NCBI GenBank assembly: GCA_964016885.1
Contig: CAXHJY010001044.1
Coordinates: forward strand, 1-64,000
DNA length: 64,000 nt
Source of the DNA: Eledone cirrhosa
Lineage: Eukaryota
Direction of reading: 5' to 3'
Shown: positions 12,785-30,870 of the stretch, one piece after another
How the letters are laid out: the number at the start of each line of letters is the position of its first letter
Numbering within the stretch: the first letter of the stretch is position 1
Notes under the pieces: generated by a model
What the model was told of the DNA's origin: nothing
What the model saw: the letters and a program-made list of their open reading frames with translations, nothing else
Databases searched by the model: none
Translations under genes and position numbers: made by a program

Positions 12785-12972
12785 GTGTGGTGGATTGGCA
12801 GTATCGGTAGAGGGTCTGACGCCATGTTTTGATGCATAGAGTTACGGCCCTTACCATTCTGAGTTCAAATCCCGCCGAGGTTAATTTTGCTTTTCATCCT
12901 TACGGGGTCGATAAAATAAAGTACCAGTAATACACTAGGATAATTGCTGGCCTTGTGCCAAAAGTAGAAACA
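12785..12972 (+). mobile_element. tRNA-derived SINE, full length
   Basis: A/B boxes and core as at 5835. 14-bp TSD ATTATTATAGTTTT at 12771-12784 and 12973-12986. Confidence 0.88.
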
Positions 12973-13442
12973 ATTATTATAGTTTTCTGCACTGTCACGA
13001 ACATATCTTCAAATTCCGAATTTACCCCAAATGCTTGGTGAAAGCTATTTCTAAATATTGACGTTAGAATAAAGAGGAACTGTTTCCCTATTGATGGATA
13101 TGTACTCTGGGAATATCCAGCAGTCTATCTCTACAGTATTCATCACTGTGTAGTGACGTCTATATCATGTTCTCTCTTGTATATCGGCAGATGTTACACA
13201 ATTTCAATTTATTTCTTCTCACGAAACCAAATATATTTCTGCCTGTTGCAGCCAACAAATAGAAAGAGAAAAAAACAACAACGAAAACAAAACAAAGGAA
13301 AACCTAGAACATACATACACACAGAGAATATAAAATAGTAATACACATAGCACCTACACACATATACATACGCGTGCACATACACATACAGACGCCCAAA
13401 TATATACATACACATACATGTACATACATGCATATATATACA

Positions 13443-13498
<56 letters not shown>

Positions 13499-13578
13499 CA
13501 CATGTATATATATATATATATATATATATATGCATTCATACATACACATACATACATATATACATATATGTACATACA

Positions 13579-13633
<55 letters not shown>

Positions 13634-13933
13634 GTGTGTGTATGTGTGTTGAGATAAATAAAATAAAACAAAATAGGAAGGCATATCAGTAGTGGTTGTT
13701 ATGTAATATAAGATGATATATATATTTCAGAATGACATGTGAAATATTTAGAGAGAATCGATGTATCAAAATATTTCCCTCTCTGTCTTCAATGTTCCTC
13801 TAACGTACAGGTCCTCGGCTCTCTTAAAACTTCTCATTATACAGACTTATTCCAAATTATTTCTTACTGACCTGTTGGCATATACTCTTAATTCACAGAT
13901 GCCGCAACAAAACACATGCAAATCAAACTGGAT

Positions 13934-14012
<79 letters not shown>

Positions 14013-14066
14013 CGTTTCTGAATTTGTTTAGCAAGATTCTTTATCTGAAAACGTGTGTTGAAACCG

Positions 14067-14497
14067 ATATTGTCATACTTTGGGAGGGTCATGTTGCCAA
14101 TAAGAAACACAGGCACAGTTGCTTTCACTCCAATTTATAATAAATTAAATTTATAAATTTAAGAATTTATAAATTTCCGGTTGGTTGGTTGGTTCCACAA
14201 CCAGACGATTGTTCATATATTGTCAAAGTTCTTTCACCATCTTGGCGTAGGACAGAACAAAGGAGAGGCACAAACACAAACAAAAGAATCCCCAGTCACT
14301 GAAAAGGTCACAGAATCTGTGACGAAAGAACTTTGACAATATATGAACAATCGTCTGGTTGTGGAACCAACCAACCAACCAACCGGAAATTTATAAATTC
14401 TTAAATTTATAAATTTAATTTATCATAAATTGGAGTGAAAGCAACTGGTGCGTGTGTTTCTTATTGGCAACATGACCCTCCCAAAGTATAACAATAT
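14067..14497. mobile_element. Fold-back element with ~170-bp inverted arms and a hammerhead-like motif at the spacer/arm junction (Penelope pLTR-like)
   Basis: TTGTCATACTTTGGGAGGGTCATG...GTCAAAGTTCTTTC is mirrored by GAAAGAACTTTGAC...CATGACCCTCCCAAAGTATAACAA. The motif GTCA-CTGAAAA-GGTCACAG-AAT-CTGTGAC-GAAAGAACTT-TGAC lies at ~14295-14337. Confidence 0.75.
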
Positions 14498-14603
14498 ATA
14501 TATATATATATAACGTTTCGACGGCTATTTCTAGACTAGAAATAGCCGTTGAAACGGCTTGAGCTCTGCCATCGGGGTCATACTTTTTCCTATATATATA
14601 TAT

Positions 14604-14772
14604 AGTTATACTTGGGGAGGGCCATATTGCCAGAAATAATAACAGAACATATTCACTGTTTGGTCTGGGTTGGATTTCGCTTCTGCATCTTTTAAATATT
14701 CATAGTTAAATTATTTGGCAATCAATGTTTATCATTGATTGACCAACGGTTAAAAATACAGATATAAATAAA
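14604..14772 (+). repeat. ~180-bp dispersed repeat sharing the GTTATACTTGGGGAGGG terminus (other copies at 22128-22325 and 23412-23590)
   Basis: Three visible homologous copies, each in an (AT)n context; the terminus is shared with the 14067 element. Confidence 0.75.
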
Positions 14773-16920
14773 TATATATAATCTATCAAAGTTCTATATA
14801 TATAAATGTTGATATAGATTTACACACAGACGCATGTAAACACACGCATACACGCACACAAATATATATTTAACGAACTGAATGGATGAGTATGTATGCA
14901 CCAATGTCGTATTGGATACCTGACACTTAAATTTATGGAGCGAGGAGAAACGTTAAAATTTCTTGGTACAGTTACAGAAAATTACCAGAGTCGTTTAATC
15001 TTCCCCCTATCATGTTGCATCTCATGGGAGGTAGCTTCATGGGGGTTTGCTTGTGGTAAATTAGGATCACCAGCAGTATTGCGATATGATTTATTTTGTG
15101 AGAAGAACTGCAAATTGTTTTAAAATATGAACATATAAAGGCATAATAGTTGTCACTCCAATTCCTCCGTAAATAAACCTACTATGCTAGTTTGGTAATG
15201 TATTTATTAACACTGTGAGGAGGAAAAACAAAGAAGTTCTCATCGGGATATGTGCACATATCCTTATGAGGTAGAATAATTATGCTAATGTATTTTATTC
15301 TATGCTATAAGAATTCTGGCCATCAAGATTCTATCTAATCTAATATTCTTAGCCAATCTAATAGTTGGTATCTCTTTATATTCTGAGTTCAAATCCCACT
15401 GTGATCTATTTGAGTGTTAGGCAAACTTCGTTGTATTGTTTGACCCAATCACTTGGCCTTAGGTATCATTAGCTAAGTCTGCCCTGTTGCAAGGATACCT
15501 GTCATGTTTCCGGGCTGGATATATCATTCCGTTTTCCTTCCTGAGCATCAGAGGCCCTGTTAAATATCATAGGGTTTACCCTCATATTATCCGTGGCTAA
15601 ATAGGGAGAAAAAGATAATCCCTGTGGCCTCATGTGCACGTTAGAAATCCTTACAATACAAGATAGTATGATGCTGATAGTTAGAATGGGGGTACATTAC
15701 TTCTGAAAAATATCTGATTCATATTAATTTACTCTAACTAAATGTAGCGGACGTGTGAACATCTTTAAGATAATTCAACTTTTGTTTTAACATTCTAGCG
15801 GGCCAGTGGCTATTTCTCGTAATCTGTGAAATCTTAAGAAGTAGAGTTAAGTGCACATTGTTTGTTTCTAGATCTCGAGAGGATTAGATAGATATCAATT
15901 AATTTTCAATTGTCTAAATTTAAATATATTTTGATTACAAATATGAGAGGGGTGTGAGAAGACATGTATTAAAGAAAGTGTGCGGGAACATGTAATATTT
16001 ATAAGGACGAAAACAGAATGGAGAGAGAGGGAGAGGCATAGAGAGAGAGAGAGTTAGAGAGGAGAGAGAGAGTAGACACAAGAAAATAAATCATTGATTT
16101 AACCGTAAAGTTAAATTATGAGGAATGTATTTAGGAATAGTCTCTTAACAACTGGAGTTAAATAATTAAGCAACTCCAAACAAATGGTGAAATATATAGT
16201 GCGTTCTAGAAGATTATGCTAAACCCCAGACTTCGTTTGGAATCATGTTGAAGTTATTTTACTTGCAGCTCTACTATGTTTATAGAAAACACCTGAATAA
16301 AAGAACAGTTTGTTCTTCATAAGAACCAATAGTGTTAAATTATTTGTGAAGTTAAACATGATTAAGTATCCCTATGGAGTTAGACAAACTATGTTGATAT
16401 TCATTTGAATAGTATTTTATGAGGTAGACCATGCTTTCGAGTTCGTATCTGACTGAGAGTGCCAATGTACGACACCCATAAAAGAAGAATTTACTAGTAG
16501 GGAATTAATCGAAGGTAGAAAATATAGATGTGGCAGAATACGTAAAATATCCGAGAAAATTACATGCAGTATTTAATTATGTCCTGTTGTATTTCACAGT
16601 AAAACCACATGTTAACCAAGACAGTAAAACAAAAAGTATGTATCTGTTTAACAGGCTTTTAAGACTCGTATTTCAAAAGCGGCATATTAACGGAATGTTT
16701 ATGGTGTTGGTTAGAAACTTTAGCGTTTATTTGTTTAAACTCTCTCTACTCTAACGTCAAAGCTACCACAGGTAAGCATTACCTGCCACCTTTTTTATGC
16801 CAATATATAACATAACATTCCATATAGCGGTATTTCAAGTCTTCCCCTTTTTCTTTCTGGAATGTAACTGAAATTTCAGGGTCCAGCTATGTCACATTAT
16901 CACTGACGGCTTCAGCCATA

Positions 16921-17090
16921 TTCCACACATAATGTTTTGTTTAGATTCATTTTCAAATATTAATTTATTAAATATGTTATTGTCTTTAGAAATCGAAACA
17001 TGCGTACAAATGTACAAATGTGTGTGTATAAGTGTGTGTGTGTATGTACCTATGTATATGTGTGAGTACTTATCTGCCTATATATATATA
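16921..17090. repeat. ~170-bp local duplication, second copy at ~23233-23400
   Basis: TTTAGATTCATTTTCAAATATTAATTTATTAAA...GTGTGAGTACTTATCTGCCTATATA is present at both sites. Confidence 0.8.
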
Positions 17091-17644
17091 TAATATATGG
17101 TACTCGTATCACTGGAATATTCAGCCACTTATACAGAATTAATTTCCTGATAAGAAATTTAGTTGGCCCAACAACCGAATGCTCATTATCGAAACCAACA
17201 AAATTCTTCAAATGTTTTAGTTTCAACAAATTATCGATGAGATAGTCACTGTTTAAACAAGGTAATCTCCAAAATATATATTCCCATTAATATTCCTTTA
17301 AATTAATATTAGGCATATTCTTTAAATAGTAGTCTATATTTCGCGGTTAATATAGAATTAATATCGGGAACGGAACATATTTTCATCTGACTGTAGATGT
17401 GGCGATAAAACAAAAATAATTCTCATGTTTCGTTGATTTATACCACTTATTCTTTTTAGAAAAAAAATATTGCGCATACTATTATATAACATAACCACTA
17501 CACCCCCCTCGCTCTCCCTATCTGTCTATCTATCTATCTATATATAGATATATAGATAATTTGAAAGAGAGAGATATTTATGGTATGTGTATAGACCAGC
17601 AAATATAATTTCACTTTATGCGTCTTTATGTGTCTGCTTTGTTG

Positions 17645-18487
17645 TATATATATATATATGTGTATGTGTGTATACATATATATACGTGTGTATATATATA
17701 TTATATATATTATATATATAATATATATATATATTTATATATATATTATATATTATATTTATATTATATCATATATATATTATATTATAAATATATTATA
17801 TATAATATAATATAATATATTATATATATATTATATATATATTATATTATATATTATATTATATATATAATATATTATATATTATTATATATTATATTAT
17901 ATATATATTATATTATATATTATATTATATATTATATTATATATATATTATATTATATATATATTATATTATATATATATTATATTATATATATATTATA
18001 TTATATATATATTATATATAATATAATATAATATATTATATATATATTATATATATATTATATATATTATATATATATATTATATATATATTATATTATA
18101 TATTATATTATACATATATTATATTATATATTATATTATATACATTATATATATATTATATATATTATATATTATATTATATATATATTATATATTATAT
18201 TATATATATATTATATTATATATATATATTATATTATATATTATATTATATATATATTATATATATATTATATTATATATATATTATATATATATTATAT
18301 TATATATATATTATATTATATATATATTATATATATTATATATATTATATATAATATATATATTATATATTATATTATATATATATTATATTATATATAT
18401 ATTATATATATTATATATATTATATATTATATTATATATATATTATATTATATATATATTATATATATTATATATACATATATATAT
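17645..18487. repeat. Nearly pure A/T compound microsatellite (TA/TATTA)
   Basis: Directly visible. Confidence 0.95.
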
Positions 18488-18606
18488 CTGAAGACGGCGG
18501 GTAGGGAAGACGTATATATATTTTCTTATTTTGATAATGTGTAATATATTTTACATAGATCAGATAGAATGAACATAAGGAGAACTACCCCCCAGAAACG
18601 ATCGTA
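18488..18606 (+). ncRNA. Hammerhead motif with a long loop II; 5' strand of helix I lost
   Basis: CTGAAGA(18488-18494), then helix II GGCGGGTAG/CTACCCCCC around an ~80-nt loop, then GAAACGATCGTA(18595-18606) with palindromic helix III ACGATCGT. Confidence 0.6.
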
Positions 18607-18667
18607 AAAAATGAGCTTTACTATGGATTACCCGTATTTTGTTTAATTTCATTGTTTTCACTATTTG

Positions 18668-18724
<57 letters not shown>

Positions 18725-19006
18725 GTCATATAAGGCTAAACAATGTAAAGTGGAATGTATATATACATGTGTGTGTACGTATGTATATACATATATTTCT
18801 GTGCATTACAAAGTAATGGACAATTTTCAATTAATATACGGTAACTTTGGTAACAGTAACACCTGTCAGGTAGCAAACCGTTGCCACACCAACATAATGA
18901 CGTCATAGCTCCCAACTTCAAATTTTCCAACTATCGCATTGGAGAAATACTGCACAAATACCTTGATATATATCTTACTAGATGAAGTATATATACATAC
19001 GCATAT

Positions 19007-23157
<4,151 letters not shown>

Positions 23158-23584
23158 TGATTAAAATATCAATAATCTTTAAATTATAATAATTCTTATT
23201 AGAATCCAATATTCGGAATTATTCAGTTAAAATTCCATACATCATGTTTTAAGTTTGGTTTAGATTCATTTTCAAATATTAATTTATTAAATTATGTTAT
23301 TGTCTTTATAAATCGAAATATACGTACGAATGAACAAATGTGTGTGTATAAGTGTGTGTGTGTATCTATGTATCTGTGTGAGTACTTATCTGCCTATATA
23401 TAGATATATATATTGTTATACTTGGGGAGGGTCATATTGTTGTAATAATATTGCCAGAAATAATAACAGAACACACTCACTGCTTGGTTGGTTTTCGCCT
23501 CTGTAGTTTTATATCTCCATAGTTAATTTATTTGGCAATCAACGTTTATCATTAATTGACCAACGGTTAAAAATACAGACATAA

Positions 23585-23657
<73 letters not shown>

Positions 23658-23747
23658 GGAAAAATTTGAACAGGAACAAAACAGAGAGGCAGTACAACGA
23701 ATGTTTATTAATTTCACGCTCTGGAGAGTGGGGTGGTGGTGGGGAAC

Positions 23748-23775
23748 GACGTTTCGGGCATAAGCCCTTCCTCAG
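23748..23775 (-). ncRNA. Minimal hammerhead core (Penelope-type) with a poorly paired helix I
   Basis: Minus strand reads CTGAGGA-AGGGC-TTAT-GCCC-GAAACGTC. Confidence 0.6.
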
Positions 23776-24916
23776 GTGAGAAGTATATATATATATAGTC
23801 TTTTCGTTGTGTATGTGTGGTCTTTCGTTGTGTATGTAAGTTCTTTCGTTGGTCTATCTAACTCTTGGTCATTGTGTTTGTATGAATGAATTGTTTTCCA
23901 GGTAAAACAGTTTAAATGTTGGAACTTCATTGGTCAGACAAGTTATGAGTTGTCTAGTGTTTACGATCAACGTAACAAGTAGCTCTTGAAATTAACGTAC
24001 AAGTGTCTGAGCATTCCAAGAAAATTGTACCATTAACGTAATTCGCAGAGAATTGCTTGACAAGGTAAGCATTTTGATTTACACGTAGATTCCATCATGT
24101 ATTATTGTGTAAATATCTGTGTATTCTACAGACACATTTACCATGGAAGTAATTCTCATTGTGATTCTCTTTAAGAGAGAGAACGACGAAGAGAACTCTT
24201 TGAAGTGTAAGTAAGATCCATCTTACGGTCTCTTGAATTGTTTCACTGTACACAACTTCTCTCACAAGTCTGGGAACGATACGAGGCGATCGTAAATACC
24301 ACTTGCACAAGATAGCAGACAGTAGGATTCAATACCTGAAACTTTATAATTAACAAACGAAACTAATAGTTTAACTATTCGGTCATGCTATATCACCGGT
24401 CATCATTTTCGATGATAATAATTACTATTGAAATTAACATTTTTAACTGGAGCCGGACAAAAGTTTGGAGAGAAACGTCTCGCCAAAATGGTGCCAGAAG
24501 TCTTTGATTGAGAACATAAAGATGGTTCTGCACGATATCTTGTTGATTCGCTGCAGTGGTGGAAAGAAGAAAGAAAGACAGTGATTGAGAAAACAAAAGT
24601 AATGGGGGAAACATGCAACGGTCGGAAGTTATGGAAGTTGTAGCAATGACATACATAAATACTATACATATACATATATACTACACATACATATATATAT
24701 ATATATACACTGTACATATATACATATACATACATATACACTACACAAATATATAAACTACATAGACATATACACATACACTGTACATATTATGCACATA
24801 TATATACACTGTACATACATACACATATACACCGTACACATACATACATATATATATATATACTGTACACATACATATACATAGTACATATATATACACA
24901 GTACACATATATGCAC

Positions 24917-24965
<49 letters not shown>

Positions 24966-25453
24966 TTACTCTACACATATTATACATATATATATACACT
25001 GTACATATACGCATACATATACACATATATACACACTGTACATATACACTGTACACATACATATACACCATACATATTGTACATATACATAAAGGTTTGT
25101 GTCTATGAGTTTGCAGTACATATATATATATATGTATATACATGCATATGAATATATATATATATATGTGTGTATGTGTTTGCATGTGGGTGTTTGTATG
25201 GTTCACTTTCTCTTTAAATATGTAGGTCAATGCCGAGAGAAAAGAGTACTCAATACCGAAGTAGTGCTTTTCACGTCTCCCGTGTACATAACTGGTATTG
25301 TAGACATGGGATTCCTCACAACGGCTGGTGACAGCTTCGTTTTCCCTCTTTTAAGGGTCTCAACCCTATTTTAGCAGCTATATTATAGCATCTTTGCGCA
25401 ATATCTACTTTCTTGTCTCCCTCTCTCTCCCACTCTCTCTCTTTCTTATGTAG

Positions 25454-25524
<71 letters not shown>

Positions 25525-25535
25525 TACAATCACAT

Positions 25536-25591
<56 letters not shown>

Positions 25592-25702
25592 TACACACAC
25601 ACATATATATATATAATATATATATATATATATAATATATATATATATATACACATATATATATATAATATATATATATATATTATATATATATATATAC
25701 AC

Positions 25703-25822
<120 letters not shown>

Positions 25823-25835
25823 TATATATATATAT

Positions 25836-25910
<75 letters not shown>

Positions 25911-25921
25911 CATATATATAT

Positions 25922-25955
<34 letters not shown>

Positions 25956-26060
25956 GTATATGTATATGTATATATATATGTATATGTATATATATATGTA
26001 TATATATATATATGTATATATATATGTATATATATATATATGTATATATATATGTATATG

Positions 26061-26148
<88 letters not shown>

Positions 26149-26281
26149 CAGAATTAGCCGTCGAAACGGCTTGAGCTCAGCTGTCGGGGTCTTACTGGTT
26201 CCTATTACCCACTCTACTACCTCAAGTATTGAGTACTTTGGTGCGTTATGGTCCACCTGGTTCCTTACCACATTTCCTTCG

Positions 26282-26335
<54 letters not shown>

Positions 26336-26837
26336 GTATATGTATATATGTATAAACAATTAAGTTAAAAATAGCTGGATACTCACAGTAAAGTAACCAG
26401 TGAAAGACTTGGTACATCTACATATGTATACGTGTGTGTATTCATATGCATACTAGTCTTTCAGTATGCATATGTAGATGTACATTTTTAACTTAATTGT
26501 TTAAGCGTCAGTCATACAAAAGTGAGTTACAAACGAAACAAAATTTAATTTTGTTTCGTTATTTGTTTTTATATATGTATATATATATATATATATGTAT
26601 ATATATACAGATATATGTATATATATACAGATATATGTATATGTATATATATATATACAGATATATGTATATATATATATACAGATATATATATATATAT
26701 ATATATATACAGATATATGTATATATATATATATATATACAGATATATGTATATATATATATATATATACAGATATATGTATATATATATATATATATAC
26801 AGATATATGTATATATATATATATATATATATACAGA

Positions 26838-26911
<74 letters not shown>

Positions 26912-26943
26912 CAGATATATGTATATATACAGATATATATATG

Positions 26944-27010
<67 letters not shown>

Positions 27011-27159
27011 CCGATCATTCACATTCTACGTATATATATATATATATGTTGATATCGGAAGTTGTGTCTACTTTACGGTAGTCACTTTGCTCGCCGAGGA
27101 AGGCACTATATATATATATATATATATATACTTCCATATATGTTGAATGTATGTACACG

Positions 27160-27246
<87 letters not shown>

Positions 27247-28352
27247 ATGTGTGTTTTATGAATGTATGCATGTTTGTGTGTATATGTATATATTCATATC
27301 TGAATTTGCGTGTATAATAATAATAATAATAACAATAAAAATAAAAATAATGGTGTCTGACTTAGGTATCAGAAGTATAAGAAAGACGATAAGTAGAGAA
27401 GCAACAACGGCTACATTAATAGTTATAACGATGGCAATAGTGAGAAAAAAGCTCATATTTTCCCGTTTATAAAGAGAGAGACATGCAGCCAGTCTAGCTC
27501 ATGGCGCAGTTTTTAACATTATCCTCACCACATTAATCTCTAATCCAACCCTAAGCCTAATGGCGAGAGGATATCTACATAGACACACACCAATACACGC
27601 ATATATACACATATGTATGTATATATATATATATATATATATATAAAATCACTCCATCCTCAGTCTCTGGTCTGGGAGAAAAAGGCGCCATTTCTTCTTA
27701 AAAGGGGAAAAATCATAGGTTAGAGAGCATGAAGACTATAAAATGTGCAGACGACGCCCAAACTTTCCTGTATTTTTCCATCCCTTGGTATTAACACAAC
27801 CAACCACCTCGTTATTATCTTAGTAGTAGCCACTACATTCCTAAACATTGGATATATTTAAGACAGGATCTTCTTTCTTGTCGTCGTTGTTGTTGTTGTT
27901 ATTATTGGTGATGGCGGTGGTGGTGACAATGGTAGTGTTGGTTGTGGTGATGGTGGTGGTGGTGGGACCAGAGGTGATGGTGGTGGTGACAATGGTAGTG
28001 TTGGTGGTGATGGTGGTGGTGACAATGGTAGTGTTGGTTGTGGTGATGGTGGTGGTGGTGGGACCAGAGGTGATGGTGGTGGTAACAATGGTAGTGTTGG
28101 TTGAGGTGATGGTGGTGGTGGTGATGATGGTGGTGGTGGTGATGGTGGTGGTGGTGCTGGTGGTGGTGGGACCAGTGCTGGTGGTGGTGGGACCAGTGGT
28201 GACAGTGGTAGTAGTGGGGTCAGTGCTGGTGGTGGTGGTGATGGTGGTGAGAGTGGTAGTGCCGGTTGATGACGACATTATATTGCCTATTCTCCTCAGT
28301 TTTTAAGAAAGATGATGTTGATATTGTTGTTGCTGGTTGTGTTGATTGATGA

Positions 28353-28870
28353 TGCTGTTGTTGTTAGTGTTGTTGGTCTTGGTGTTAGTGGTGCTGGTAG
28401 TGTTGCTGTTGTTGTTAGTGTTGTTGGTCTTGGTGTTAGTGGTGCTGGTAGTGTTGCTGTTGTTGTTAGTGTTGTTGGTCTTGGTGTTAGTGGTGCTGGT
28501 AGTGTTGCTGTTGTTGTTAGTGTTGTTGGTCTTGGTGTTAGTGGTGCTGGTAGTGTTGCTGTTGTTGTTAGTGTTGTTGGTCTTGGTGTTAGTGGTGCTG
28601 GTAGTGTTGCTGTTGTTGTTAGTGTTGTTGGTCTTGGTGTTAGTGGTGCTGGTAGTGTTGCTGTTGTTGTTAGTGTTGTTGGTCTTGGTGTTAGTGGTGC
28701 TGGTAGTGTTGCTGTTGTTGTTAGTGTTGTTGGTCTTGGTGTTAGTGGTGCTGGTAGTGTTGCTGTTGTTGTTAGTGTTGTTGGTCTTGGTGTTAGTGGT
28801 GCTGGTAGTGTTGCTGTTGTTGTTAGTGTTGTTGGTCTTGGTGTTAGTGGTGCTGGTAGTGTTGCTGGTG
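28353..28870. repeat. 51-bp GT-rich minisatellite, about 10 near-identical copies
   Basis: Unit GCTGTTGTTGTTAGTGTTGTTGGTCTTGGTGTTAGTGGTGCTGGTAGTGTT. Confidence 0.92.
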
Positions 28871-29685
28871 TTGGTGGTGCTGGTGTTGGTGTTCTTGGTG
28901 TTGGTGGTGGTGCTGGTAGTGTTGCTGTTGTTGGTGTTGGTGATCTTGGTGTTGGTCTTGGTCTTGGTGCTGTTGGACATATTGATTGATGGAGATGGTA
29001 TTATTGGTGTCGTTAGTACTGGTGTTGTTAGTACTGGTGTCGTTAGTATTGATGCTGTAGATGTTGGTGTCGTTAGTACTGGTCTCGTTAGTACTGGTAT
29101 CGTTAGTACTGGTGTCGTTAGTATTGATGCTATAGATGTTGGTGTTGTTAGTACTGGTCTCGTTAGACTGGTATCGTTAGTACTGGTGTCGTTAGTATTA
29201 GTGCTGTAGATGTTGGTGAAAAACAAGGTTAATTGTGACAAAGATGTCCAGAAGAACGACAACGAAATAAAGTAGACATCTGATTATATTCGATGTTTTT
29301 ATTATGGTAGTAATGGTGGACAAAACTCGATGTGAATGCTTGGCGTTTTTTTTTCCAGTGATGATGTGATTTTAAATCTAATGAAACAAGCATTGATGCC
29401 AATAATCCTGCACCTACTTGTGGCTGTGAAATTTAATGGTGCTAATGTTTTCTCTCCTACTGTGTTCCAAGCATTTTTGCATATCATACATTGATATTGA
29501 CGTTAGGCATCCATGAAAATAATTACTTTTTTTAATAATCTCTACCACTTTCTCTCTCTTCTCTTGCTTCTCTCCTGTCGTTTTCTCTGAAGCTGAAAAA
29601 ATATTTTACAGCAATTTTAGATCGAATAATTTTAGACATAAACAGACATACATACGAACATATTGTTATCTATCTTTCTATATCT

Positions 29686-29765
29686 ACCCACCTACCTACC
29701 TACCTACCTACCTACCTACCTACCTACCTACCTACCTACCTACCTACCTACCTACCTACCTACCT
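29686..29765. repeat. (CCTA)n microsatellite
   Basis: Directly visible. Confidence 0.95.
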
Positions 29766-30554
29766 CTCTGTCTGTCTGTCTGTCTTCTATCTATCCATCA
29801 TATATATATATTTATATATCCAGATTGTTGCCAATTTTCGTGCCAATGTTGTTATTATGGCTGGTTTTGTTGTATCAGTTGTCATTATTGGTGTTTAACA
29901 CAACCAATCAACGGCTAAACCATGATTATATATATGTAACCATGCTTCCTTTTATAGATTGTAACATGAGGAATGTATTTGACTCTTATTTCTAGCAGGT
30001 TGAGTGTTTATGGAGTGACCCGTTTGTTGTCTTAATTAGACCCCCTCCTTCCGTTGTTCAAAGGTTGTTTGAAATGGAATGGATCCCTTAGTTTTGACGA
30101 TGTGTGTACCAGTTGTTCGATACCTGGAACAACCCGCTTTTGATGAAATTGAAATGCAAGTGGTTGAATATTTTAACTATAAATCTAATTGGATACTTTA
30201 ATATCTCTTGATAACCCTTTCTTTCATCGCTCTGTGCTGAACACTTTCTAGATATTTAATTCTCAAATATTTGGCTTAATCTACTTATCTTTGCTTCATT
30301 ATCAAGCATGTAATCACTGGCTTTAATTAGCTGTCCTTCCCGTAAGATTACATTGGCGCAATTTTACAAACCAAATTTCAATTTTGCTAACGGAATTTCA
30401 ATTTTCGATAACGAATTTCCTTTAGTAAATTTCACCTCGGCATACGATACGTCGCAGAGTTTGATGAAGCTTGTGATCACCAGAACACAAATGCAGAGAT
30501 TGTTACCCAAGGAATTAACGCATTAGAATCCTATACTATATTGTATCATGTTTA

Positions 30555-30590
<36 letters not shown>

Positions 30591-30702
30591 ATTAGTATAT
30601 CTACCAACATATGTGTACAGATGTACACCCATGCTAGCAAATCTATATGTTATGTCTTAGTACCTTTGTGGTTCTATTCAGGGAGATGCAGAACAATTAT
30701 AT

Positions 30703-30805
30703 GAAAGACGTAAAATACGAAAATAAAAAATCAACTTACTTACTTACAAAATTTTAGTAAGTAAGTTGATTTTTAATTTTTAAAATTTTCTTATTTTACG
30801 TCTTT

Positions 30806-30806
<1 letters not shown>
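30703..30806. repeat. Fold-back inverted repeat
   Basis: GAAAGACGTAAAATA..AAAAATCAACTTACTTACT mirrors AGTAAGTAAGTTGATTTTT..TATTTTACGTCTTTC. Confidence 0.75.

Positions 30807-30870
<64 letters not shown>

Noticed and set aside
27530-27562. Telomere-like (TAACCC-type) motifs
   Set aside because: Only 3-4 degenerate units; not an interstitial telomeric array.
27841-29262. Thr/Asn-rich mucin-like ORFs on the minus strand
   Set aside because: Derived from trinucleotide tracts and a 51-bp minisatellite open in several frames. There is no signal peptide, domain or convincing splice context.
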